From a virus (Duplodnaviria; Caudoviricetes): a stretch of DNA of 63,703 nt. The DNA lies in the IMG/VR virus record IMGVR_UViG_3300046709_000146, positions 1 to 63,703 of that record; one strand, given 5' to 3'. The notes beneath the pieces are model-generated. The model had not been told where the DNA came from. It saw nothing but the letters and a program-made list of their open reading frames with translations, and did no database searches. Positions 47,602-57,696 of the stretch are shown in pieces (the stretch's first letter is position 1; every line of letters begins with the position of its first letter). A program made the position numbers and the translations under genes.

Positions 47602-49986
47602 TTAGACCGGCTGCCCCGCGGCGCGCCGGTCGGTCAGTCCGAGGAAGCCCGACGCCTCGATGCTGCAGTTGAGGTACACGTCGGCGGCGGAGTAGTTCTC
47701 GACGACAAGCCGCGAGTGGAAGCCCTGGCCGGGCTTGCCGCGCGTGAACTCGAACTGCAGCCAGACCTGCAGGGCGAGCTCCACGCTGTATATCCCGGCG
47801 CTGTCTCCGGCAGACGCGCTCTCGACCGTGGTGGGCCCGGTGTAGAGCAGCGCCAGGAACGGCGTCGCCGACGCGTCGCTCAGCTGCGTCGCTGCAGCCA
47901 CGGTGATGTTGCTCGCGCTGAACCTGCCCTCGACCCACACGAAGCGGTCGCGATAGTCCGCCTGGTCGATGGCGCCCGGCGACAGCTGGGCCGGCATGTT
48001 GAAGTCGTCGAGCGCCGTCTTTTGCCCCGCCAGGCACCGGAGCGACGTGAGGCGCCGACGCTGCCCGAGCAGCTTCTGCCGCACCTCGTACGTGCCGTCG
48101 TCTGCCGCGCCGAGGCGCTCACGCACCAGCCAGCGCACCGGCCGCACGGGCGAGGCGCCGTCCGCGATGGTGCCAAGCGGAGGGCACGTTGGCAGCGCGC
48201 GCGGCGCGGGGTCGGACAGGCGGTAGCGCGGCACGTTGCCCTGCTGGCCCTGCGCGTACACGCCGCAGTTCTGGGGCTGCTCGAGGTCGATGGTCTGCAT
48301 CTGCGTCGCGTGCACCGGCACGCGCGTGACCACGCTCGAGCTGTTCGTGCGCTCGGTCGCGGTCACCAGCGCAATCATCGACGCGGCTTTGTTGGCGCTG
48401 AGCCCTTGCTTCATCTCGCACATCAGCGCGCCGTCCGTGTTGCGCGCATAAAGCCAGATGTCAGGCGGCGCCTTGCCGAAGCTGCTGCGCAGCGCGTGCG
48501 TAAGCGGCTGCTGAAAGGCCCCCTGCGCACTCGACCCCGACGCGCTGCCATACCCGGTGTAAAACAGACGCGGCGCAAAAGCAGACTGCGACACACCGGC
48601 GATCTGTCCCCAGATGCTCGGCACCGGAAAGTCGGCAGCGAGCGCGTCGTAGTGCCCGACCGACGCCACCTGCACCCAGCGCTCGCGCCAGTCCTCGGAC
48701 GTGTCGAGCACGACGCACTGCGGCACGACGGAGCCGGCTGCGTGAAAGAGCGCGCCGCTCGACACGACGCGCCGCAGCGCGCCTGCGGGCACGTGCGCGA
48801 ACTCGTTCTGGGCCAGGTCCGCGATGACCTGCGCGAGGTACAGCTCGATCACGTCCGCGTTCTTCGGCTGCGCCGCGTCAATCCACGGCTGCGAGCTCAC
48901 GCCCGTGCTGGCTATGTACTTCGCCGAAACGCGCACCATCAGCACGACGCTCTTGGCGCTGGCGCCCATGTTTACAACATCGAGGCCGCCGCTCACGTTC
49001 GCGCGCAGCACGATGCTCGTCACCACGCTCGGCGTCTGCACGGTCAGCAGCGCCGGATTGTAGCCGCCGCCTGCCGGCCCGAGCTTGCTCGTCGGCAGCC
49101 AGACGCGCTGCGAGTCAAGCGCCGTGGTCGGGTCGACCAGCTCCGCGTCGCTGACCAGGCCGCACGCCTGCACGAAGCGATACTGCATCCCGGCCGCTCG
49201 CTCCGGGAGCTCGTACACCGCGCCGGCCCCGAGCGACGGGAGATAGCAAAAGAAGGTGCGCCCCTGCCTGTGCTGGTCGAGCGTGAAGCCGTAGCTCTTC
49301 TGGCAGAGCATGCTCTGCAGCTCGAGCCAGTCCTCGCGCGTGACCCGCTGCCCCGGCAGAAACTCGAGCGGCGCGACGCGGCGCTTGGTCTGCTCAGGCA
49401 CCGTCACGGCCGGCACGAGCTTGATGGCAGCGGGCAAGAGCGCGTCGCCCCAGACCGCGTCCCGCTGCGCCACGCCGCCCGAGATGGCGCGCGCAGGTAG
49501 CCCTCGACCGAGCACGAGCGACAGGTCCTGCTGCTGCTGGGGCTGCATCGCCAGCGGCTCGAGCGAGCCCACCAAGAGCCCCGTCGCAGGCGCTGCGCCG
49601 TGCGGCACCGCATGCGGGTTGCTCGGACGCTGTGTCGTGCCGGTATACGACGCCAGGTGCGCGCCGAACGACGCGCGCATGCGCACCTCGTTGAGCGGCG
49701 AGGCGCGCTTGTACGCGAGCAGGCGCGCCCGGCGCTGCGCCACCGGAAGGGTCGAGCCCTGCAGCAAGAACAGGGTCCGCTCCATCAGGTCGAGCGTCGT
49801 GGTCGCCGACTGCAGGAACAGGTTGTTGGTGGCGTCGTTGAGCGCCTCGGTCGCGCGCGCCGCAATCTCGGCCCACGCACGCAGCTCGCTCGCGCGCACG
49901 CTGTCTTCGTCCTTGCTGTAGCCCGAGCCCTCGAGCCTCTGCAGCAGCTCGAAGTACCCCTGCGCGTCGAGTGTTCCCAGGTCCAC
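47602..49986 (-). CDS. Baseplate wedge (Mu gp48/YmfQ-like N-terminus) with long C-terminal extension
   Basis: SATTTLDLMERTL...AQRRARLLA; follows baseplate J-like genes. Confidence 0.6.
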   Translation of the reverse strand: MDLGTLDAQGYFELLQRLEGSGYSKDEDSVRASELRAWAEIAARATEALNDATNNLFLQSATTTLDLMERTLFLLQGSTLPVAQRRARLLAYKRASPLNEVRMRASFGAHLASYTGTTQRPSNPHAVPHGAAPATGLLVGSLEPLAMQPQQQQDLSLVLGRGLPARAISGGVAQRDAVWGDALLPAAIKLVPAVTVPEQTKRRVAPLEFLPGQRVTREDWLELQSMLCQKSYGFTLDQHRQGRTFFCYLPSLGAGAVYELPERAAGMQYRFVQACGLVSDAELVDPTTALDSQRVWLPTSKLGPAGGGYNPALLTVQTPSVVTSIVLRANVSGGLDVVNMGASAKSVVLMVRVSAKYIASTGVSSQPWIDAAQPKNADVIELYLAQVIADLAQNEFAHVPAGALRRVVSSGALFHAAGSVVPQCVVLDTSEDWRERWVQVASVGHYDALAADFPVPSIWGQIAGVSQSAFAPRLFYTGYGSASGSSAQGAFQQPLTHALRSSFGKAPPDIWLYARNTDGALMCEMKQGLSANKAASMIALVTATERTNSSSVVTRVPVHATQMQTIDLEQPQNCGVYAQGQQGNVPRYRLSDPAPRALPTCPPLGTIADGASPVRPVRWLVRERLGAADDGTYEVRQKLLGQRRRLTSLRCLAGQKTALDDFNMPAQLSPGAIDQADYRDRFVWVEGRFSASNITVAAATQLSDASATPFLALLYTGPTTVESASAGDSAGIYSVELALQVWLQFEFTRGKPGQGFHSRLVVENYSAADVYLNCSIEASGFLGLTDRRAAGQPV

Positions 49987-49987
49987 G

Positions 49988-51601
49988 TTAGACCTCCACG
50001 TACATGCGAATGATGAAGCTCGGCACGAGCACGCCGCCCGCTGCCGACAGCACGGGCACCGGACCCGGCATGCGCGCGACGTCGATCACGCCTGGCACGC
50101 GCGAGACCGCCGCCGCGATGGCGTCCGGGTCGCTCGAGACGATGCTCGCGGGCAGCCGCACCTGCGGCCCCGTGTCGCTCACGCTCGGCGCGCGCAGCTC
50201 GTACGCGCTCGACGCGGCCTCGATGATGGCATCGGCCAGCGGGCCGCCCGGCGTCACGTACGCGCCGACCGCAGGCGGGAAGGGCAGCGGCACCTCGAGC
50301 CCCACGGTATTCCCAACCAGCGAGCTCACGCGCCGCTGACAGATGTACGCGCCGGCCGCGGTCGCAGCGTGCACGATGATGCGGTCGCCGACCGCGAGGT
50401 CCGACACCGCGCTGAGCCCGAGCGTGCTCGAGCCGGTCGTCGTCACGGTCACGCCGCGCATCGACTGCTGCGGCAGCCTCCAGTCGGGCGCGTAAATCTC
50501 CGCGCACGCGATGTTCAGGTAGTCGATGGACGTGTCGAGCTCCTCGTACACGAGCGCGCCCGAGACCTTGTCTGCGGGCGACAGCCGCGCCGAGACGTAC
50601 GAGAGCAGGTCGCCGAGCTGCGCCGCGCCGACGTACTGCCCCTCGACCAGCACCGGAAGGATCGTGTATGTGCCGAGGCCGCTCGTCGCGGGCACGACGT
50701 AGCACTCGCGCAGCTCAAGGCGCGGGTAGCTCAGCGCGATGCGCCGGATGTCCTCGAGCGTGCCGACGCCCGTGCGCGCGCCGTAGAGCGCCGTCAGCGC
50801 GCCCTGCTGCGACGCCGAGTCCATCGCGTCGAGCCCGTCCGACAGGCGCAGGATGCTGGCCTCGGCGAGCATCGTGCCGGCAGGCGAGACCAGCGTCAGC
50901 ACGTCCTTCGGGTCCTTGTTGCCGCGCTGGCCGGCGACCTGCGCCGTGATGGAGCCGACCGCGCCGAGCTGCTGCGTGAACGTCGTGTGCAGCGCCGGCA
51001 GCGCGTCGAGCTCGTTGTAGAGGTCAAACAGCCAGCGCTTGAGCGCCACGCCGTTCTCGACGTCGAGCAGCGCGCACAGCTCGCCGCCAGCGGTCAGGTA
51101 CACCTCGCCGACTGCCGCCGCGACAAAGCCCGCGCCGAGGTGCCCCTGATAGAGCCGGCGCCGGCCGCTGCGCTGCCCAGAGCGCAGCACCTTGCTCGCT
51201 GCTGCGGGCGTCGTGACCGCGGCGTCGAGCGTGTACGTCGTGCCGTCCGCGTGGCGCAAGACCGAGCCGGCAGGCTGCGTCTGGCTGCCCGTCGTCGAGC
51301 GCAGGATGACGCGGCCGGTGCTCTTGGCGGCGGTCGTCGTCGTCTCGGTGAGGTCACGTCCGAGCCCGCGCTCGGCCATGAACTCGGCCAGGTAGGGGCC
51401 GAACGCGCGGCGCGGGTCAAGCAGGTTACGCGCGACGCGCCCCTGCTCCTGCATCCCCCAGGCAAGCGCCGCGAGCAGGCGCGCCGTGATGTCGAAGTCG
51501 CTCTTGTCCGAGACGTCCGCGCCGCGTCGACGCGTCCTGATGAGATCGCGGCCGCGCTGCTCGAGCTCGCCGCGGTCGTACGCTGGAAACTCGATCGCCA
51601 T
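49988..51601 (-). CDS. Baseplate J/Mu gp47-like protein, copy 2
   Basis: DVSDKSDF..TARLLA...PAGSVL...G.RGN...GLGT. Confidence 0.75.
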   Translation of the reverse strand: MAIEFPAYDRGELEQRGRDLIRTRRRGADVSDKSDFDITARLLAALAWGMQEQGRVARNLLDPRRAFGPYLAEFMAERGLGRDLTETTTTAAKSTGRVILRSTTGSQTQPAGSVLRHADGTTYTLDAAVTTPAAASKVLRSGQRSGRRRLYQGHLGAGFVAAAVGEVYLTAGGELCALLDVENGVALKRWLFDLYNELDALPALHTTFTQQLGAVGSITAQVAGQRGNKDPKDVLTLVSPAGTMLAEASILRLSDGLDAMDSASQQGALTALYGARTGVGTLEDIRRIALSYPRLELRECYVVPATSGLGTYTILPVLVEGQYVGAAQLGDLLSYVSARLSPADKVSGALVYEELDTSIDYLNIACAEIYAPDWRLPQQSMRGVTVTTTGSSTLGLSAVSDLAVGDRIIVHAATAAGAYICQRRVSSLVGNTVGLEVPLPFPPAVGAYVTPGGPLADAIIEAASSAYELRAPSVSDTGPQVRLPASIVSSDPDAIAAAVSRVPGVIDVARMPGPVPVLSAAGGVLVPSFIIRMYVEV

Positions 51602-51603
51602 GG

Positions 51604-53502
51604 CTACGCGCTCCTCGGCACGACGCCGGTTAGGGCCAGCGTGCAAAACACGACGGGGTCAAAGTCGATGAGTCCGCCCGGAGTGCCGACCGGGTAGAGC
51701 TGCACGTCGCTCACGCCCTCGATGCGCAGGAGCTCGGCGCGCAGCTCGCTCGCGCGCAGGCTCGATGCCCAGCGCCTGCCCTCGGGCGGCCAGCGCGTGA
51801 CGGCCTGCCCGGTCTCGATCGGGGCGATGTCGCTCGAGTAGTGCGCGACGTAGTTGGCGCTGTGCGGAGGCTCGAGGTAGCTGCCCGGCCCGAGCGCGTC
51901 GTAGTACGCGAACACCGCATCGACGCACGCCTGGGTCAGCGGCCCGGCCGAGCCCCAGCGCAGCACGCTCAGGACCGCCGCCTCGCCTGGCCCGAGCGTC
52001 GACACGTCGGCGATCTCGACGTACGTGCGGTCGCCCGCGATGTTCAAGATGGGCGTCACGACCGTCGCAAACGCGTGCCGCTTGTCCGCGCCGAGGTGCC
52101 CCACGGTCGCCCAGACGCGCTGCCCAGGACGCAGGCTCGAGTCGACCTGCGCGCCGGACGTCGAGGCGTACAGACGCGTCGCGTGCCGCTCGTAGGGCGT
52201 GACGTCAAGCGCCTTGCCGCAGTCCGGGCCGTAGCCGGGCTGCGCCTCGATGGACAGCTCGAGCGCGCTGGTCGCCTCGCGAAAGGCGTACCCGTAGTTC
52301 GCGACCGGGTAGGCGTTGCCGCGCCAGTCCCACTCGACCGAGCGCGCGACGAGGTCGTCGAAGTAGCTCGCCTGCGACCTGCACCAGTTGGTAACGCGCG
52401 CGGCCTGCGCCTCGCCGATGCGCCGGCTGTTGTTGCCCCAGCCGCAGAAGCTCAGGTTGACGCCCGGGTACGCGGTCGCGCGCACGCTGCCTCGACGGCC
52501 GATGCAGACCAGGTCGATCGTGCCGGGCCCGCGCACGTGCTGGTAGACCAGCACGTCGTCGAGGTCGACGTCCGGGCACGACAGCGCGAGCTCGCGCCAG
52601 TGCTGCGCGTTGCCGTACCCGGGCGGCATCGCGAGCGTGTCCTCGATGCGCGCCGAGACGCGCGCGCTGTTCACGTCGATGTCGCCCACGGCATCGCCGC
52701 CGCCGCTCATCTCGACCAGCGTCGCCATGAGCTTGCCCTCGGACACGTCGACCGACTCGTCCACGAACCTGTGCACGACATAGGGCGCATTGCCGGCCGC
52801 GCCCGGCGTCGTGCACTCGGCCTCGACAAGAGCGTTGGGCGAGCTCGCAAAGATGCGGTTGGTGTTGTCGTTGACGGAGATGGCGCTGCGCACGGCGGCC
52901 AGCAGGTCGACCGACTGGTCGTCCAGGTTGACCGACCGCACGAACAGGTTTTCCGTGTCGAAGTACGGCGCGGTGCCCGTGGAGACCACGAGCAGCATGC
53001 GCGCGCCGATCCACCCGACGCCGACGCCGGCCGCCGCGCCTACCTTCGGCACGAGCTTGCGGATGCCCGTGCCGAGGGCGAGCATGACGTCCTGGTCGCT
53101 GAACGTGTAGACGACATCAGAGAGCGTCCGGTACGTGCGCTCGACGCCGTCCGCAAACACCTCGCCAGGAAACACGATCTCCGTGCCCGCCAGCATCGTG
53201 AACGGGTCGTCGCGACCCTGGCTCGGCGTGATGGCGATGAGCCCGCGCGCAGGCGTGGCCTCGCGCGTGAAGTTCAGCCCCAGCATGCCGACGAGCTGGT
53301 CTCTCCTGTCGGCGTCCGCCTTCTCCGGGTCGAGCTGCGCCAGCACGTGCGCGCCTGCGACCTGCGTGCCGTGAAAGAGCCGCGCCGCCGCGTTGACCGT
53401 CAGGTCGAAGTCGGTGCCCTCCTCGGTACCGACGCCCGCCACGCTGCCGCGCAGCACCGCCTTGGCAGCGTCGAGCAGCTCGTCGATGGAGTAGGGCGGC
53501 AT
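51604..53502 (-). CDS. Baseplate J/Mu gp47-like protein, copy 1
   Basis: EGTDF...AGTEI...ECTTPGAAGN...GGGD...PPGYGN..HWRELAL...RGPGTID. Confidence 0.8.
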   Translation of the reverse strand: MPPYSIDELLDAAKAVLRGSVAGVGTEEGTDFDLTVNAAARLFHGTQVAGAHVLAQLDPEKADADRRDQLVGMLGLNFTREATPARGLIAITPSQGRDDPFTMLAGTEIVFPGEVFADGVERTYRTLSDVVYTFSDQDVMLALGTGIRKLVPKVGAAAGVGVGWIGARMLLVVSTGTAPYFDTENLFVRSVNLDDQSVDLLAAVRSAISVNDNTNRIFASSPNALVEAECTTPGAAGNAPYVVHRFVDESVDVSEGKLMATLVEMSGGGDAVGDIDVNSARVSARIEDTLAMPPGYGNAQHWRELALSCPDVDLDDVLVYQHVRGPGTIDLVCIGRRGSVRATAYPGVNLSFCGWGNNSRRIGEAQAARVTNWCRSQASYFDDLVARSVEWDWRGNAYPVANYGYAFREATSALELSIEAQPGYGPDCGKALDVTPYERHATRLYASTSGAQVDSSLRPGQRVWATVGHLGADKRHAFATVVTPILNIAGDRTYVEIADVSTLGPGEAAVLSVLRWGSAGPLTQACVDAVFAYYDALGPGSYLEPPHSANYVAHYSSDIAPIETGQAVTRWPPEGRRWASSLRASELRAELLRIEGVSDVQLYPVGTPGGLIDFDPVVFCTLALTGVVPRSA

Positions 53503-53506
53503 CGGG

Positions 53507-53923
53507 TCAGAGCTCCATGTTGTAGGGGACGTTGACGGGCATGCCGGACTTCTTGCCGGCGACCAGGAGGCTGATGCGGCCGGGCGCGCTCTTGCTCAGC
53601 GTCGCGACCACGCGCAGCTCCTTGATGCTCAGGTGCGCGATCGCGAGCTTCGCATACGCCTCGGACAGGCGGCGCCCGGTCTCGTCGGCGCGCTTGACCT
53701 GATAGAGCCTCGAGCCGAACGCCGGGTAGACCTGGCAGCTGCCGAGGCGCGTCGCGAGCGCGAGCACGACCTGGCTCGTGAAGCCGTCGTCTTGCTTGAG
53801 CCCGCCAGCTTCCACGACGTAGTCGAGCGTCTGCGCGTCAATCCAGCGGCGCGCGCGCACGGTCGTCTTGCCGAGCAGGGTCGAGCTCGGAGGCGGCAGG
53901 AAGTACGAGGCGGAGGTGCTCAT
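53507..53923 (-). CDS. Mu gp46-like baseplate protein
   Basis: DDG..SQVVLAL...FGSRLYQV.R. Confidence 0.75.
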   Translation of the reverse strand: MSTSASYFLPPPSSTLLGKTTVRARRWIDAQTLDYVVEAGGLKQDDGFTSQVVLALATRLGSCQVYPAFGSRLYQVKRADETGRRLSEAYAKLAIAHLSIKELRVVATLSKSAPGRISLLVAGKKSGMPVNVPYNMEL

Positions 53924-54939
53924 GTCGTCGGCCTTTGGAGCACGCGAATGTGCGTTGCGGTGATGGCCCTGGTGCCGCCGCCTGAGCCTGCGTACCAGCC
54001 CATCTTGAGATATTGCGAGCCGACGACGATGTCGCCGCGCTCGCAGCTGCCGCCGTTGGGCGTCATCGACTCCATGCTGGGCCAGACCGTGGGCGACGCG
54101 CCGCGCTTGAAGTACCCCGCGCGATAGTTGGTCTTGCCGTTCGAGGACTCCGGGTTGGTGCGGGCGACGGGCAGCTGCGACACGGCGAGCACGAACGTCG
54201 TGTAGTTCTCGGCCGCAGCGGCGGAGGGGATGGTGATGTCGTGGTCGACGCCCAGCGCGCTAAAGCGCGAGCGCGTCGTGTAGGCATCCCATCGCTGCAC
54301 GGCAACCTCGTCGCCTGGCCCGTAGCCCCACTGCTCGTAGGGGCTGCACCAAGTAGACGCTCCGGCGATGGCTGAGCTCGTGACGTTGCCAGAAAACCGG
54401 ACTTGCAAAGCCGTCTCCTTGGCGACGTCGTAGCCGACCATCTGGTAAAGCTTCAGTCCGACGTGCAGACCCGCGTACGCGCCGCCGCTCGAGTAGTCCC
54501 CGCTGACATTTCCGACCATGCCCTGCCCGTTGACGATCATCAGCGACCCGCTGCTGCCGTGAAAACACCACGGCTGACCGTCTGCCGTGAAGTTGATGAA
54601 CGTGTTGACCATCGACGCGCTGACGGTCTGGTTGGGCAGCGTGCGCAGGTCCTTGTCGTAGAGCGTCGTCCAGAACGTCGCGGGCAAGACCGGCGCCTCG
54701 TCGACGTAGAGCTGCGGATTGGCAGGCCAGCCCCCGTCGCGCACGATGCTGTACGTGGTGCCGACCTTGGTACTGCGCGTGTAGCTGCGCAGAAACGCGC
54801 CGTCGCGATAGACGCGCTCCTCGTCGCGCACCGCGCCAAACCCCACGCTGATGGCGATGACCTCGCCGCTCGCCGTGAAGTCGAGCGCCTCGGTCTTGCC
54901 GATGACACTGTTCGGCGAGTCGATGAACGTGACCGTCAT
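53920..54939 (-). CDS. Putative baseplate-associated/adsorption protein
   Basis: 339 aa from MTVTFIDS; beta-rich; between spike and gp46-like genes. Confidence 0.55.
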   Translation of the reverse strand: MTVTFIDSPNSVIGKTEALDFTASGEVIAISVGFGAVRDEERVYRDGAFLRSYTRSTKVGTTYSIVRDGGWPANPQLYVDEAPVLPATFWTTLYDKDLRTLPNQTVSASMVNTFINFTADGQPWCFHGSSGSLMIVNGQGMVGNVSGDYSSGGAYAGLHVGLKLYQMVGYDVAKETALQVRFSGNVTSSAIAGASTWCSPYEQWGYGPGDEVAVQRWDAYTTRSRFSALGVDHDITIPSAAAAENYTTFVLAVSQLPVARTNPESSNGKTNYRAGYFKRGASPTVWPSMESMTPNGGSCERGDIVVGSQYLKMGWYAGSGGGTRAITATHIRVLQRPTT

Positions 54940-55490
54940 GAGCCACGAACCTTGTCTGCTGCTGTTGGCAACACGCCCCCCTTGGCAGCGTTCGCTGCAG
55001 TCTTGAGCGCCGCGCCGCCGTCCTGAGGCACGGGCACCCAGGTCGTGAGCAAGGTCCAGATGCGTTTGATCTCCGCATCGACGCGGTCGGCGCGCGCCAT
55101 GAACGTCGTGAGCGCCTCGCCGCCAAGGTCGATGCGCGTCGCGTGCAGCTCCGCCGTGCCGTCCGGCTTGAGCTTGAGGTAGGCGGCCGGGCTCGGCCCG
55201 AGCGCGCGCACGATGCACTCGCCCGCCTCGACCGACACCTGCCAGCGCCGCTCTTTGACGCCGATCACGATGCGCTCGGAGCCGAGGTCGACGAACAGCG
55301 ACTCGCTGCCCGCAGCAGGCTGGCAGCTGATGGCCGGGTGCCCCCACCACTCGCAGCTGTCCTTGGACGCGTCGTCGGCGTGCGCCTCGATGCTGAGCTC
55401 GACCGAGCCGCTCTTGCCCACGCTCGCGCGCACGACCTTGGCAAAGCCGATCACGTCCTGCAGAAACTGCCCGACGTCCTTGCGTCTCAT
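54936..55490 (-). CDS. Baseplate spike (Mu gp45-like)
   Basis: EWWGHPAISCQP..GSE...VEAGE; PVPQDGGAALK. Confidence 0.75.
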   Translation of the reverse strand: MRRKDVGQFLQDVIGFAKVVRASVGKSGSVELSIEAHADDASKDSCEWWGHPAISCQPAAGSESLFVDLGSERIVIGVKERRWQVSVEAGECIVRALGPSPAAYLKLKPDGTAELHATRIDLGGEALTTFMARADRVDAEIKRIWTLLTTWVPVPQDGGAALKTAANAAKGGVLPTAADKVRGS

Positions 55491-55546
55491 GACGATGCTC
55501 CGACTTTTGCAACTGCACGCAGCTGCGAACCACCGTAAGACACAGC

Positions 55547-56284
55547 ATGGTCGATGATGCCGTTTGGGAACCGGTGCCGGGCTTTCCGGGGTACGAGCGC
55601 ACGCGCTTCGGCGAGTTCAGGAGCTGGCGTTGCGGCAGGGGCCGCCGCAAGACGCCTCGCGCAGTGAAGCCGTGTCCCACCAAGGGCTATCTCCGAGTGG
55701 GGTTGGTGCGAGACGGCAAGCAGTATTGGATAGGCGTTGCCGAGACCGTCCTTGAGATGAACGTGGGGCCGCGACCCGAGGGCTTGCAGGTGTGCCATTT
55801 CCCCGACCGCAATACGGCCAACAATCATCCGGACAACTTGCGCTGGGGAACGCCGCTGGAGAACAGCGCTGACAAGCGCATCCACGGCACAATGGCAAAA
55901 GGGCAGACGCACGGGTCTCAAACAAAGCCAGAGCGCACTGCGCGCGGCGACAGGCACGGCAGGCAAACAAAACCAGAGCGCACCGCGCGCGGCGAAAAGA
56001 ACGGCGCCCACACGATGCCGCATCGGCGGTCGCGCTCGCCTGGCGAGAGCCACGGGAGGCACAAGCTGACGGAGACTCAGGTCGCCCGCATACTCACGGA
56101 AGCCGGTCCGGCGCCGCGCGCTCGCGGGACTCTTACTCGTCTGGCGCGCGAGCACGGAGTTACGACCAGCGCAGTGTGGATGATTGTCAAGGGCCTCAAG
56201 TGGAAGCATCACGCTAACTCCCCGACGGCGCTCAAAACAATCGACCCCGGTGGGACCAGCTTGAGCGATGTCTGCGGGCCCTGA
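55547..56284 (+). CDS. NUMOD4-HNH homing endonuclease, inverted within the tail operon
   Basis: WEPVPGFPGYE; VCH...ANNHPDNLRWGT..EN..D; repeated KPERTARG. Confidence 0.88.
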   Translation: MVDDAVWEPVPGFPGYERTRFGEFRSWRCGRGRRKTPRAVKPCPTKGYLRVGLVRDGKQYWIGVAETVLEMNVGPRPEGLQVCHFPDRNTANNHPDNLRWGTPLENSADKRIHGTMAKGQTHGSQTKPERTARGDRHGRQTKPERTARGEKNGAHTMPHRRSRSPGESHGRHKLTETQVARILTEAGPAPRARGTLTRLAREHGVTTSAVWMIVKGLKWKHHANSPTALKTIDPGGTSLSDVCGP

Positions 56285-57696
56285 CGCGCAGAGCGCGTGA
56301 ACGTGCGCGCTGTGATGTAGTAGGGGCCGTGGATGCCGGCGACCTCGTCACTGACGTGAGCAATTGTGTCTGGCGCATAGAAGAGCCCGCCGTTCGAGTG
56401 TCCTCGCATTGTGTACTCGAGGCAGAATGCTCCCTGCTTCGACTTGCCGAGCTCGTACGCGGCGCGGTGCTGCGCGTCCTCCCGGGTCTTGATTGCGTTG
56501 TCGTGCACGACCAGCGTCTTGACGTACGGCACGCGCACGAGGTCGGTCGCCGTCGAGATCGCGTGGCCCTTGAATGCAGAGCGCGACACGTCCTTGCCTT
56601 TGACGCGCCCGTACACGATGACGTCTCCGCATACGTCCGAGATGTCCAGGCGCGAGCCGCCGCTGACGATGTTGTTCTGCGTGCGGTCGCCCTCGACCCG
56701 GCGCGTCAGGTGGTAGCTCGGGTGCTGGTCGTAGAGCAGCCCGCAGAAGAGCAGCTTGCCGTCCGGCGTCATGCTCATGAGCAAGCCGTTGCGCTTGGCG
56801 CTGCGGTCGAGAAACTCCCAGACCGTCTCGCCCGACTGCGGGCGGATGTCCTTGACCTTGAGCTGGTAGATCTGCAGCGAGCTGAGCCCGGTCGCGCCCG
56901 ACCACGGAATGCCCTGATGCACGACCATGAGGTTCCCGTCGCGCGTGATGCCGTTGCGGAACGGGAACGTGAGCGGCGCATTGAGCGGCACGACCGTGCG
57001 CACAACCTTGGGCCGCGCGTACGGGCCCGCGAACGGGAAGGTGCCTGCGGTCTGCGTGATGGACGCGTCGTCGATGCGGCCGGCCTGCGCGCCTGCGAAG
57101 TCGTCGAACGTGATGGTGCCGTGGTCGATGCTCGCGGCGATCTTCTCCGACATCAGGCTCGGCTGGATGCCCCAGCTGCGCGCCTTTTGCTGCAGGCGCT
57201 TGAGCTTGTCCTTGCTGACGCGCGCCTGGCGCAGGTCACGCGCCGCGACGTGGTCGGCCGTGACCTCGATGCCCCATGGCTTGACCGCGCGGCGCGCGAC
57301 CGACACGAGCGTGTCGTGCGCCGCGTACAGCTTCGGGTCCGCTGCCGAGCCGATGAGCTGCAAAGCCCGGTCACGTAGCGACAGCGTCATCTGCGTGCCG
57401 CCGTCCGCGTCGTTGGCGATCTCGCAGCTGTCGATGAGGAACGCGCCCTGTAGCGCGCGCCTGCCGCCCGCCGTGACGTACACCTTGACGAGCTTGCCGG
57501 GGGCGAGCAGCGCCTGCGCTTGCGTGATGGTGCGCCGGATGTCGCGCGCGCTCGAACTGCCGAGGCCGATGCTCAGACGGCACGCGTCGGCCGGCGTGAA
57601 CAGGTCGCTCTGAAACGAGTAGCTCGTCCAGCTGTCGAGCACGCTCGACTCGCACTCGAGCTCCGCGTGGTCCTCGCTTGCGCTTGCGCGGGTCAT
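56209..57696 (-). CDS. Baseplate hub (Mu gpP/gp44-like)
   Basis: WTSYSFQSDLFTPAD...GETVWEFLDR.A...MTPDGKL. Confidence 0.82.
   Translation of the reverse strand: MTRASASEDHAELECESSVLDSWTSYSFQSDLFTPADACRLSIGLGSSSARDIRRTITQAQALLAPGKLVKVYVTAGGRRALQGAFLIDSCEIANDADGGTQMTLSLRDRALQLIGSAADPKLYAAHDTLVSVARRAVKPWGIEVTADHVAARDLRQARVSKDKLKRLQQKARSWGIQPSLMSEKIAASIDHGTITFDDFAGAQAGRIDDASITQTAGTFPFAGPYARPKVVRTVVPLNAPLTFPFRNGITRDGNLMVVHQGIPWSGATGLSSLQIYQLKVKDIRPQSGETVWEFLDRSAKRNGLLMSMTPDGKLLFCGLLYDQHPSYHLTRRVEGDRTQNNIVSGGSRLDISDVCGDVIVYGRVKGKDVSRSAFKGHAISTATDLVRVPYVKTLVVHDNAIKTREDAQHRAAYELGKSKQGAFCLEYTMRGHSNGGLFYAPDTIAHVSDEVAGIHGPYYITARTFTRSARQGPQTSLKLVPPGSIVLSAVGELA

Noticed and set aside
47104-49500. Long + strand ORFs opposite structural genes (also 95..1261, 2324..3667, 51841..53535, 59198..60622)
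   Set aside because: Arg/Ala-rich shadow frames expected at high GC, with no domain motifs, unlike 6474..7175 and 55547..56284.
44812-49986. Diversity-generating retroelement targeting the RBP
   Set aside because: No reverse transcriptase motif and no template/variable repeat pair noticed.
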